From an uncultured Bdellovibrionales bacterium (GTDB lineage: Bacteria > Bdellovibrionota > Bdellovibrionia > Bdellovibrionales > UBA1609), in the NCBI GenBank assembly GCA_938002015.1, contig CALLAU010000020.1:54700-118699 (forward strand): a stretch of 64,000 nt of DNA, read 5' to 3'. Made by a program: the position numbers and the translations under genes. Within the stretch, counting starts at the first letter, position 1; every line of letters begins with the position of its first letter. The notes beneath the pieces are model-generated. The model ran no database searches. It was not told the origin of the DNA and worked only from the letters and a program-made list of their open reading frames with translations. Shown piece after piece: positions 55,132 to 63,873 of this stretch.

Positions 55132-55893
55132 TTAATAAGAATTAATTTGATCAAGTATTAAATCACGCCGGAATAAAATTTCACGGATTTGTTCTACATT
55201 AAGTTCTGGCACTGCATTTAAAAGCGTATTTTCATCAAATGAAGATATTTTTCTTAAGAAGTTTTGAGCGAGGTGGTTTGTTGTTAAAAATTTTATAGCT
55301 CTTAAAGATAGTTTATTACGCCTGAAAAAACCTGGAAAAGCTAAGCCGTGATCGATTAAATAAATCCTACCAAATTTGCCAATGAGGTAGTTTGGTTTTG
55401 TCCTATCTTGATTTGAAATGAGAAAATCAAAAACCTCCATAAATAGTAAATCACTCTTTTTTGCTCTATGCCAAAGGCGAGGCCAGTTAGCATCCCAGAG
55501 GTTTTTATAAACTTGAAGGGAGCCTTCTTCATATTTACCTTGGTGATAAACTGCTCTTTTGACAGTTTTTAGTACAAAGCCAAGCTCTAGAAATTCACTA
55601 AATTGGTAAGCTGCAATTTCAGCATCACTGGCAGAAGATTTACTTGGAAAAAACCGACCAGGTCGATTAGATGTTGAGTCAGGTTTAAAAACAGCTTGAG
55701 ATTTATCTTGAAAAGTTACAAGCAAAGGTTTGCTTAACCCTTTTCCAAGAGGCTTAATTTTAATAATTTTTTGAAAAAGAAGTGAGTCATCTACACCAAG
55801 AACACTATGGCAGTTTGAAGAAGCTGAAGTGTTAAGTGAAAAAATCACTAGTATTAAAATAGTTAAAGTATTAAGAAAAGCTGTCTTCATCAC
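55132..55893 (-). CDS. Secreted minimal type II phosphatidylinositol-4-kinase-like (PI3/PI4-kinase superfamily) protein
   Basis: Signal peptide MMKTAFLNTLTILILVIFSLNTSAS. QAVFKP, FLISNQDRTKPNYLI and IYLIDHGLAFP parallel IAVFKP, YIIRNTDRGNDNWLI and AAIDNGLAFP of human PI4K2A as I recall it. Confidence 0.6.
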   Translation of the reverse strand: MMKTAFLNTLTILILVIFSLNTSASSNCHSVLGVDDSLLFQKIIKIKPLGKGLSKPLLVTFQDKSQAVFKPDSTSNRPGRFFPSKSSASDAEIAAYQFSEFLELGFVLKTVKRAVYHQGKYEEGSLQVYKNLWDANWPRLWHRAKKSDLLFMEVFDFLISNQDRTKPNYLIGKFGRIYLIDHGLAFPGFFRRNKLSLRAIKFLTTNHLAQNFLRKISSFDENTLLNAVPELNVEQIREILFRRDLILDQINSY

Positions 55894-56017
55894 TTAAAAG
55901 AGCCTGCAAGTTTTGTGCTTGCCTAGAACTAATTTAACGGCAGAAACCCTATTTTATGAGAACTAAAGAATGACCTAAATTGTCACTGAAGTGGGTTTAA
56001 GGTCATAATTAAGTGAC

Positions 56018-57472
56018 CTAACCTCTTCTCCAAGTGTGAAATTTTCTTAAGAACTTTAAAAGACCTTCAGGCTTATTCTTATTTTTCCAAGTGCTTGCAG
56101 CAAATTTATTTCCTTCACCCATCGTTGGGTAGGGGTGGATAGTTCCCATGATTTTATTTAAACCAAAACCGTGTTTCATAGCTGCAGTGTATTCTAAAAG
56201 CATGTCACTTGCATTCTGTCCAACAATGGTTGCTCCTAAAATTTTATCTCTTCCTCCAGGAGGAGTAAGTACTTTAACAAAGCCTTTAATAGCAGAGTCT
56301 GCAATAGCCCTATCAAGGTCATCAAGGTGGTAGGTGGTGGTTTCATATTTAATGTTAGCTTCTTTAGCGCTTTCTTCAGTATGCCCAACATGTGCCACTT
56401 CTGGATCTGTAAAAGTTGCCCATGGTATAACAGAGTAGTCAGCTTTTTTCTTATAAGGGGAAAATAGAGAATTTACAGATACAAACCATGCTTGATGACT
56501 TGCTGTGTGTGTGAACTGATAAGGACCTGCTACGTCTCCACAAGCGTATATATTCTTATATTTTATGGTTCTTAAGTAGGGATCTGTTTTAACAGTTCCA
56601 TTTTTATTTAATTCAACACCGAGTTCTTTTAAACCAAACCCTTCGGTATTGGGGCGTCTTCCCATTGCAAGAAGACAAACATCAAATTCAATTTCTGAGG
56701 TTGAACCATCTTCGTTTTCAGTAATGAGTACTTGTTTTTCACCTTCTCTTTTAAATTCTTTAGCACTTGCTCCAAACTTAATATCAATACTTTCTTCTTT
56801 AAAGGTTTGCTCAATCACCTCTGAAACTTCAGGGTCTTCTTTGCCCATGAGTTTTTTAGCTTTATCAACAATTGTAACTTTCGAGCCAAATCTTGCAAAA
56901 CACTGAGCTATTTCACAACCAATCGGCCCTCCTCCTAAAACTAAAAATTTCTTAGGTAGGGTTTCTAAGTTCCATAAATTATCAGAAGTAACATAATTTA
57001 CATCTTCTAAGCCTTTAAAGGGAATCACAAGTGGCCTTGCTCCAGTTGCAATAACAATATTTTTTGTAGTTAAGACTTTATTATTAACTTCAATGTGCCA
57101 TGGAGACTTAATTTGAGCTTCTCCTGTGATGCACTCTACACCAAGATTAGTGTAGCGCTCAATAGAGTCATGCGGTTCAATATCTTTAATGACTGACTGA
57201 ACTCTATTCATAACTTCTTTAAAATCAAAGTCTACATCCATTTTTTTTATGCCATACTTACTTGAGTTTTTTGCAATATGCATAGCTTTAGCACTTTTAA
57301 TAAGAGCTTTACTTGGAACACAGCCAGTGTTTAAACAGTCGCCTCCCATTTTATGTTTTTCAATTAAAGCAACTTTAGCATTAACAACTGCTCCAATATA
57401 TGAAGTGACAAGTCCAGCTGAACCGGCGCCAATTACGATAAGGTTATAATCAAAATTTTTAGGTTTTCTCAT
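56018..57472 (-). CDS. Class I pyridine nucleotide-disulfide oxidoreductase (mercuric reductase / dihydrolipoamide dehydrogenase-like)
   Basis: FAD motif VIGAGSAGLV, redox-active GGDCLNTGCVPSK, NAD motif VLGGGPIGCE, and the C-terminal dimerisation motif HPYPTMGE. Confidence 0.9.
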   Translation of the reverse strand: MRKPKNFDYNLIVIGAGSAGLVTSYIGAVVNAKVALIEKHKMGGDCLNTGCVPSKALIKSAKAMHIAKNSSKYGIKKMDVDFDFKEVMNRVQSVIKDIEPHDSIERYTNLGVECITGEAQIKSPWHIEVNNKVLTTKNIVIATGARPLVIPFKGLEDVNYVTSDNLWNLETLPKKFLVLGGGPIGCEIAQCFARFGSKVTIVDKAKKLMGKEDPEVSEVIEQTFKEESIDIKFGASAKEFKREGEKQVLITENEDGSTSEIEFDVCLLAMGRRPNTEGFGLKELGVELNKNGTVKTDPYLRTIKYKNIYACGDVAGPYQFTHTASHQAWFVSVNSLFSPYKKKADYSVIPWATFTDPEVAHVGHTEESAKEANIKYETTTYHLDDLDRAIADSAIKGFVKVLTPPGGRDKILGATIVGQNASDMLLEYTAAMKHGFGLNKIMGTIHPYPTMGEGNKFAASTWKNKNKPEGLLKFLRKFHTWRRG

Positions 57473-57478
57473 AAGTTT

Positions 57479-58153
57479 TTAAGCTCGCTTTTCTTTGATT
57501 TTTTTAATGATAAGTTTTGCTAGAATAGGAAATGTGCCAAGCAATACAAAAGATAAAATAAGTTTTGGAGATAGTATTCCTGATAGAGAGTTAAGCTCAC
57601 TTAAGCTTGTTCCAGCATTTACATAAACTATAGTGCCAGGAAGCATTCCAAGTTGACTGGCCACATAAAAAGTTAAGGTCTTAATTGGTGTTAAACCCAT
57701 AACAAGGTTAACTACAAAAAAAGGAAAAGCAGGAATAAGTCTTAGAGTAAAAAGATAAAAGCCTCCATCCTCTTTAAAGCCCTTATTAAAGCTTTCAAGT
57801 TTAGCACTAAACTTTGATTGAATACTTTCTTTAAATAAAAACCTTGAAACTAAAAAAGCCAGAGTTGCGCCTATTGTACTTGAGAATGAAGCGATGATAA
57901 CACCTATAAAGAGACCAAAAATAGCTCCAGAAAGTAGTGTTAAAAGAGCTGCGCCAGGCAGAGAAAGAGCTGTTGTTGCAATATAAAGAATAGAAAAGCC
58001 AAGAACTGAGATGAGATAATTGCTTTGAGTAAAGGCCTGAATTTTTGATTGCTGGGCTTTGATAGACTCAAAGGTTAAGAGATCAAAGAGACCTAAATAA
58101 TAAAAGATCCCAACAAGTGTGCAAATACTTATAATAATTATACTTTTTTTCAT
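57479..58153 (-). CDS. TVP38/TMEM64 (DedA-related) family membrane protein
   Basis: It is a multi-pass membrane protein with ...GAIFG...RLIPAFPFFVVNLVMG, typical of the SNARE-associated/TVP38 family. Its stop lies 6 nt upstream of the oxidoreductase start, a known conserved pairing. The start is moved to Met48 (58153), and Met25 (58222) is also possible. Confidence 0.8.
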   Translation of the reverse strand: MKKSIIIISICTLVGIFYYLGLFDLLTFESIKAQQSKIQAFTQSNYLISVLGFSILYIATTALSLPGAALLTLLSGAIFGLFIGVIIASFSSTIGATLAFLVSRFLFKESIQSKFSAKLESFNKGFKEDGGFYLFTLRLIPAFPFFVVNLVMGLTPIKTLTFYVASQLGMLPGTIVYVNAGTSLSELNSLSGILSPKLILSFVLLGTFPILAKLIIKKIKEKRA

Positions 58154-58333
58154 TTGTACTATCGTTTCTTGATTGCTCTGACTTGTCAAAGTAAGTGAGA
58201 GTCCTTGTATATTGCGTCTCATAATGAAACCAATTTGCAATTGACTGGACTTACACTTACACTTAGAGTAGTTTAAGAAAATGTGAACTGACATCTCTTA
58301 TCAAGTTAAGAGCTTATAAAGGTAGGAAAACTA

Positions 58334-59248
58334 ATGAGAAATATGCCCGATATAGCACAGGATGCTAGCATATCACTTCAAAAGAAAATTGACTGGGTCG
58401 GCATGTCTGCAGTTGAGGGAAGTTTAAAAATTGATAACCAAAGCGTACCTACACAAATAGATGTGTATGTGAGTTTAGCTGATGAAAAGTCAAAAGGCAT
58501 TCATATGTCTAGGCTTTATTTAGCTGTAGCTGATGAGTTAAAATCTGAAAACTTAGATCAAAAAGTATTGTCAGACCTGCTTGTAAGATTAATTGAAGAG
58601 CAGCAAGGCATTAGCGATAAAGCAAGCCTAAGTCTTAACTTTGATCTTTCGATGATGAGAAAAGCATTAGTGAGTCAAACTCAAGGAGAAAGACATTACC
58701 CTGTAAAAGTTAAAGCAATGGCTGTTAAAAATGGAGCTGGTGATTATAGTTTTGATTTTGAAATTGGAATAAAAGTTCTTTACTCAAGCACTTGCCCTTG
58801 CTCAGCGGCTCTTTCTAGACAACTTATTGAAGCTAAGTGGAAAGATTTTAGTGAGGGACAAAAGAACGTATCAGTAGAAGATGTTTCTACTTGGTTAAGA
58901 CAAGAGTCCTCTATGGTGGCTACTCCACATGCTCAAAGAAGTGAGGCGCATGTTAAGTTTTTAACTAGAGAGTTTAACTCAAGTTTAATTAAAGATTTTA
59001 TTGTTAAGCTTGAAGAAGGCGTTTTAAAAACACCTGTTCAAACTGCTGTTAAAAGAGAAGATGAGCAAGAGTTTGCAAGGCTTAACGGAACTAACCTTAT
59101 GTTCTGTGAAGATGCAGCAAGACGTGTAGCAAATTGGTTAGATGATGAAGCTTTAGTAAGTGGTTACTGGGCTAGAATGGAGCATAGAGAAAGTTTACAT
59201 GCACACAATGCAGTAAGTGAAATTTCAAATAACTGGAGGAGTCAGTAA
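58334..59248 (+). CDS. folE2: GTP cyclohydrolase I type 2 (FolE2, zinc-independent)
   Basis: KGIHMSRLY, YSSTCPCSA and FCEDAARR match FolE2/MptA family signatures. Confidence 0.9.
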   Translation: MRNMPDIAQDASISLQKKIDWVGMSAVEGSLKIDNQSVPTQIDVYVSLADEKSKGIHMSRLYLAVADELKSENLDQKVLSDLLVRLIEEQQGISDKASLSLNFDLSMMRKALVSQTQGERHYPVKVKAMAVKNGAGDYSFDFEIGIKVLYSSTCPCSAALSRQLIEAKWKDFSEGQKNVSVEDVSTWLRQESSMVATPHAQRSEAHVKFLTREFNSSLIKDFIVKLEEGVLKTPVQTAVKREDEQEFARLNGTNLMFCEDAARRVANWLDDEALVSGYWARMEHRESLHAHNAVSEISNNWRSQ

Positions 59249-59793
59249 TGGATTATTTAACTCAATCAAGTCAATCGCAGCAACCTGTAGAAGAACAGCT
59301 TCCTTCTTTAGTTAGAGGTGAGCAGAATCCTAAAGAAGAGCTTGTTAATCGTGAAAGATTAGACTCAAAAAGCTTTAAGCGAATTATTAGAGAAATGGGC
59401 CTTAAAGTTACTAAGCAAAGAATGGCTATTTTAGAGGGTTTAAGTTCTGGTAGAGCCCACGTTACAGCTCAAGAAGTTTATGAACTTGTAAATCAAAAGC
59501 ATCCAGAAATCGGTTTTGCCACTGTATATCGTTTTTTAAGAAAAATGACAGAGCAAAAATTTGTAACTGAAGTGAGAATGGGAGGGCTGCCTGCTAGGTA
59601 TGAGCTGACTCCAAACCATCACCATGACCATTTAACTTGTGTTGAATGTGGTAAAATTGTTGAATTTGAGAATGATGAGATTGAAAAGCTTCAGATTGCA
59701 ACAGCTGATAAGTATGGCTTTAAATTAACAAATCACGTACTAGAACTTTATGGTGTTTGTAATAACCCTGAGTGTCGAAGTGCTCACGAATAG
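59248..59793 (+). CDS. Fur-family metalloregulator, probably Zur
   Basis: Winged-helix KVTKQRMAILEGL...ATVYRFL, a metal site HHHDHLTCVECGK, and a C-terminal CNNPEC. The start overlaps the folE2 stop (TAATG). There is a ~45-aa N-terminal extension. Confidence 0.85.
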   Translation: MDYLTQSSQSQQPVEEQLPSLVRGEQNPKEELVNRERLDSKSFKRIIREMGLKVTKQRMAILEGLSSGRAHVTAQEVYELVNQKHPEIGFATVYRFLRKMTEQKFVTEVRMGGLPARYELTPNHHHDHLTCVECGKIVEFENDEIEKLQIATADKYGFKLTNHVLELYGVCNNPECRSAHE

Positions 59794-59828
59794 TTAATTC
59801 TTGTGCTAGTCTCTCCAGTTAAGTATTT

Positions 59829-62435
59829 ATGAAGAAGAGCACTAGTAAAAAACAAGAGCAGCAGCAGCAAGAATGGATTGAGTTAAAGGGGGTTCGTGAG
59901 AACAACCTTAAAAACTTTGATATTAAAATACCAAAGAATAAAATCACTGTGGTCACGGGTTTAAGCGGAAGTGGTAAATCAAGCCTCGTATTTGAAACTC
60001 TTTTTCTAGAATCACAAAGACGATTTTTAGATGGCTTATCAAATTACTCTAAAAACTTTATTGATACATTTAAAAAACCAGAGCTTGATGCCTTAAAAGG
60101 TGTTTCTCCTTCAATAGCTGTAGATCAAAAAACAGCTGGCACAAGCCCAAGATCAACTGTTGGTACGATAACAGAGGTGCTTGATTTTTTAAGACTACTT
60201 TATGCAAGGCTTGGTGTTCCGACATGCCCAAACCATGATACTGAGGTGAGAAGCTTAACTTCAGATGAAATTTTTGAGTGGGCAAAGACGAATCTAAATA
60301 ATAAAAAAGTGAGAGTTGTTGCTCCTGTTGTACAAGGCATTAAAGGGGAATTTAAAAAAGAATTTACTAAATGGGAATCACTTGGCTTTATTAAAGCTAG
60401 AGTAAATGGGGAGTGGAGTGAAACATCTGAGCCTCAGAATTTACAAAAAAGAAAGTCACACTATATAGATTTGTTAGTAGATCAATTCTTGTTAAATGAT
60501 AAAATGCTTTTTAGATTAAGAAAGGCAATAAGAAGATCCTTAGAATTAACAGAAAACTTTGTTGTTTTTGAAATTATTGATTCTAAAAGTAAGAAGGAGG
60601 AGAGAAAGCTTTTTTCGCTAACAGCAGCCTGCCCTGAATGTGGCTTTTCTTTTCCAAAACTAGAGCCTAGACATTTTTCTTTTAATAACCCTCAAGGAGC
60701 GTGTGTTTCTTGTGGAGGTCTTGGCACTCAAGATATACATGAACGTGTTGAAGATGACCGTGTTGGTTCTGGTGGCATGTATATGAATATGACAAAAACA
60801 GTTTATGACCAGTTAACAGAGGAAGATGAAGATCTTTCAGATTGCTCAGAATGTAAGGGGTCAAGATTAAATGAACGAGCTCGTTCAGTAAGTTTTTATG
60901 ATAAGTCTTTAGCTGATCTTTGTGATATGTCGATTTATGACTTATCTGACTTTTTTTCATCCTTAAAACTTGATCCATCAGACTCTTTAGTCGGAGAACC
61001 AATTTTTAAAGAAGTGATTGAAAGACTTAAATACTTAAAGTCAGTTGGAACAGGCTACCTTTCTTTAAACAGAAGATCAGAAACACTTTCTGGTGGAGAG
61101 AGGCAGAGGTTAAGACTTGCTTGCCAGTTAGGTAGCCCTTTAGTTGGTGTGCTTTATGTTTTAGATGAGCCATCAATTGGTCTACATCCAAAAGATCACA
61201 ACAACCTTCTTTCTGTTATTAAGAGTCTTTGTGATCAAGGAAATACGATTGTAATTGTTGAGCATGATGAAGATACGATGAGAGCTGCTGATTACCTCAT
61301 TGAAATTGGGCCAGGTGCTGGAAGGCAAGGTGGAGAACTAGTTAAAGTAGGTGATTATCAAGACTTTCTTAAGTCTAAAACTAAATCAATAACAACTGAC
61401 TATCTTTTAAGAAATAAATCTATTCATAGAGAAAAGTATATTCAAATTAAAGAAAGTAAAGATATTGTTTTAAAAGGAGCTGGTAAAAATAACCTTAAGG
61501 ATGTCACGGTAAGTATTCCCTCATCGGGTATGACTGGTGTATCAGGGGTTTCTGGAAGTGGAAAAAGTTCACTTATTATGGACACCCTCTCAGTTTTTGC
61601 TGAATCTAATAAGTTAAAAGAAGTTGAGAGTATTGAGGGGTTAGACCAGTTTAAGAAAATAAGTAGAATTGATCAAAAGCCAATAGGAAAAACTCCACGT
61701 TCAGTTCCTGGCACTTACGTTGGGGTTTATCAAATCATTAGAGATCTTTATACAAGAATGCCAGAATCTCAACTTAGGGGATTTAAAGCAGGGCACTTCT
61801 CATTTAACTCTAATCTTGGAAGATGTAGCGAGTGTGAGGGCTTAGGTGTTAAAAAAATGGGTTCACACTTTTTAGCCTCTATTAAAGTTTCTTGTGGCTC
61901 ATGTGGTGGTTTAAGATTTAAACCAGAAGTTTTATCAGTAAGGTTTAAAGAGAAAAATATCGCAGAAGTTTTAGACATGTCTTTAAAAGAAGCCTATGAA
62001 TTTTTTGAAAACCAGCCTTCTATTAAAAGAAAACTTAAAACAATGCTTGATGTTGGTTTAGGTTATATAAAGCTAGGTCAAGACAGCACAACTTTATCTG
62101 GTGGAGAGTCTCAAAGATTAAAGCTTTCAAAAGAGCTTTCAAAATCTTTTAGAGGGAAGGTTTTATACATATTAGATGAGCCTACAACAGGCCTTCATTT
62201 CCAAGATATCCAGAATTTGCTTAATTTACTTTCAGAGCTAGTTGCCAAGGGGCATGCTGTTATTATCATAGAGCATCATTTAGATTTGCTTAGAGAGTGT
62301 GATCATCTTATTGAACTTGGCCCTGGTGGAGGAGTTCAAGGGGGAGAGATCGTGGATTTTGGAAAACCTCTTGATGTTGCTAAAAGAAAAAAAGGGCCTA
62401 CAGGGGAAGCTCTTGATTCTTTAATCAATTCATAA
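59829..62435 (+). CDS. uvrA: Excinuclease ABC subunit A-like ATPase (UvrA family, short form)
   Basis: Two ABC modules (GLSGSGKSS and GVSGSGKSS; LSGGE.QR twice) and zinc modules (CPECG..., CVSCGGLG, CSECKGSRL, CSECEGLG...CGSCGG). At 868 aa it is shorter than canonical UvrA. Confidence 0.85.
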   Translation: MKKSTSKKQEQQQQEWIELKGVRENNLKNFDIKIPKNKITVVTGLSGSGKSSLVFETLFLESQRRFLDGLSNYSKNFIDTFKKPELDALKGVSPSIAVDQKTAGTSPRSTVGTITEVLDFLRLLYARLGVPTCPNHDTEVRSLTSDEIFEWAKTNLNNKKVRVVAPVVQGIKGEFKKEFTKWESLGFIKARVNGEWSETSEPQNLQKRKSHYIDLLVDQFLLNDKMLFRLRKAIRRSLELTENFVVFEIIDSKSKKEERKLFSLTAACPECGFSFPKLEPRHFSFNNPQGACVSCGGLGTQDIHERVEDDRVGSGGMYMNMTKTVYDQLTEEDEDLSDCSECKGSRLNERARSVSFYDKSLADLCDMSIYDLSDFFSSLKLDPSDSLVGEPIFKEVIERLKYLKSVGTGYLSLNRRSETLSGGERQRLRLACQLGSPLVGVLYVLDEPSIGLHPKDHNNLLSVIKSLCDQGNTIVIVEHDEDTMRAADYLIEIGPGAGRQGGELVKVGDYQDFLKSKTKSITTDYLLRNKSIHREKYIQIKESKDIVLKGAGKNNLKDVTVSIPSSGMTGVSGVSGSGKSSLIMDTLSVFAESNKLKEVESIEGLDQFKKISRIDQKPIGKTPRSVPGTYVGVYQIIRDLYTRMPESQLRGFKAGHFSFNSNLGRCSECEGLGVKKMGSHFLASIKVSCGSCGGLRFKPEVLSVRFKEKNIAEVLDMSLKEAYEFFENQPSIKRKLKTMLDVGLGYIKLGQDSTTLSGGESQRLKLSKELSKSFRGKVLYILDEPTTGLHFQDIQNLLNLLSELVAKGHAVIIIEHHLDLLRECDHLIELGPGGGVQGGEIVDFGKPLDVAKRKKGPTGEALDSLINS

Positions 62436-62510
62436 TTAAATTCTTATATATAAATATAAAAAATAAATTAACATTAGTTATTAACTGCAACTATGAGGAG
62501 AGAGTTTAGT

Positions 62511-62930
62511 ATGGGAATGATGAGTGAATTTAAAGCTTTTGCAATGAAGGGTAACGTTGTTGATATGGCAGTAGGTATTGTCATTGGTGGAGCGTTTGGA
62601 AAAATCGTAAGCTCTTTTGTGGCTGATGTTATTATGCCACCAATTGGAATGCTTATGGGTGGAGTGAGTTTTACAAGTCTTTTTGTAGATTTAAGTAACT
62701 CAGGTCATGAAACACTTGCTGCAGCTGTAGAGGCAGGTGCGCCAGTAATTAAGTATGGTCAGTTCATACAGACTGTTTTTGATTTTATTATTATAGCTTT
62801 TGCTATCTTTATGGTTGTTAAAGCTATGAACGCTGCAAAGAAAAAAGAAGAAGAAGCGCCTGCAGCACCAGCGGCACCGCCAGAAGATGTTCAGCTTCTT
62901 AGAGAAATCCGTGATGCTTTAAAAAAGTAA
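62511..62930 (+). CDS. mscL: Large-conductance mechanosensitive channel
   Basis: [41 protein letters not shown] is the canonical MscL N-terminus. The ATG at 62511 follows AGGAGAG. Confidence 0.9.
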   Translation: MGMMSEFKAFAMKGNVVDMAVGIVIGGAFGKIVSSFVADVIMPPIGMLMGGVSFTSLFVDLSNSGHETLAAAVEAGAPVIKYGQFIQTVFDFIIIAFAIFMVVKAMNAAKKKEEEAPAAPAAPPEDVQLLREIRDALKK

Positions 62931-62962
62931 TTAGTTTTTTAAAATTGTAATTTGTTACTTTA

Positions 62963-62997
62963 GGCAGTAAACATTTTTTGTGTTACTGCCTTTTTTT
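62963..62997 (+). terminator. Intrinsic terminator after mscL
   Basis: GGCAGTAA(A)CA-TTTTTT-TG(T)TTACTGCC stem followed by T7. Confidence 0.75.
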
Positions 62998-63218
62998 ATG
63001 TTTCACAATGAGCCGACTTCTTACTTGAGAGTTCACTTCATTTTAACATTATGTTGATAATATAACCATATTGGTGCCTATTTGATATAAATTTGTTTTA
63101 TTTCTTAGGTCTTGTTTCAGTTTTTCCGATTTATTACATGGGTCATTAATAGAGCTTAGTTAAGGCTTTGTTCTTTTGATTTAATAAATTGATTAACCAT
63201 ACACTTGGAGAAGAATAA

Positions 63219-63869
63219 GTGAGTTGGAACGACGTACCTGATTGGGCTGCAAATATGACGAGAGCTTTACTTAAAACAGTAAAGGCTAAGGATCCACATA
63301 CATTTTTTCATTGTTGTAGAGTCGGTAAGGCAGCAAGAATGCTTGGAAAGGCTGCTGGCTTAAATGAGTATGAACAAGCTGTCTTAGAGTATTCAGGTCT
63401 TTATCATGATATTGGAAAAATTGCTGTACCAGATGAAATTCTTTTTAAACCTGCAAAATTAACTAAAGATGAGTACAGACTTATGAAGCTTCACCCTGTT
63501 CAAAGTATGCAAATACTGGATCCTCTTTTAAGTGAGGCTTTCTTTAGAGATATAGCTCCAGGAGTAGAGCTTCATCATGAAAAACTTGATGGAACAGGTT
63601 ATCCTTATGGATTAGAAGGGAAAGATATCCCTATTTTTACTAGAATTGTAAGCATAGTTGATTCAGTTGATGCCATGGTAAGCTCAAGGCCTTATTCAAA
63701 GGGAATGCCTATGGAAAGAGTTTTAGAAGAACTTAAAAGGTGTTCTGGAACTCAGTTTGATGAGGCGTTAGTAAAAATTTACCTTGATGCTTATAAGTTT
63801 TGGGAAAAAGAAAAGCCAAAAGCAACAGAACTTGATATGGCAGATGAACTTTTAAAAGCGGCATCTTAA
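63219..63869 (+). CDS. HD-GYP domain protein (probable cyclic-di-GMP phosphodiesterase), stand-alone
   Basis: GTG start. HD motif (GLYHDIGK), HHEKLDGTGYPYGL (the HD-GYP signature) and a downstream VDSVDAM. Confidence 0.85.
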   Translation: MSWNDVPDWAANMTRALLKTVKAKDPHTFFHCCRVGKAARMLGKAAGLNEYEQAVLEYSGLYHDIGKIAVPDEILFKPAKLTKDEYRLMKLHPVQSMQILDPLLSEAFFRDIAPGVELHHEKLDGTGYPYGLEGKDIPIFTRIVSIVDSVDAMVSSRPYSKGMPMERVLEELKRCSGTQFDEALVKIYLDAYKFWEKEKPKATELDMADELLKAAS

Positions 63870-63873
63870 GAAA

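Noticed and set aside
42727-61978. Remaining nested or antisense ORFs at 42727..42951, 46652..46837, 48525..48719, 49916..50164, 50797..51069, 53286..53492, 56148..56333, 56629..56814, 56649..56906, 57249..57449, 60070..60285, 60682..61002 and 61769..61978.
   Set aside because: All lie inside well-supported CDSs (CBS, OMP, zincin, TonB receptor, oxidoreductase, uvrA-like) and lack motifs or start signals.
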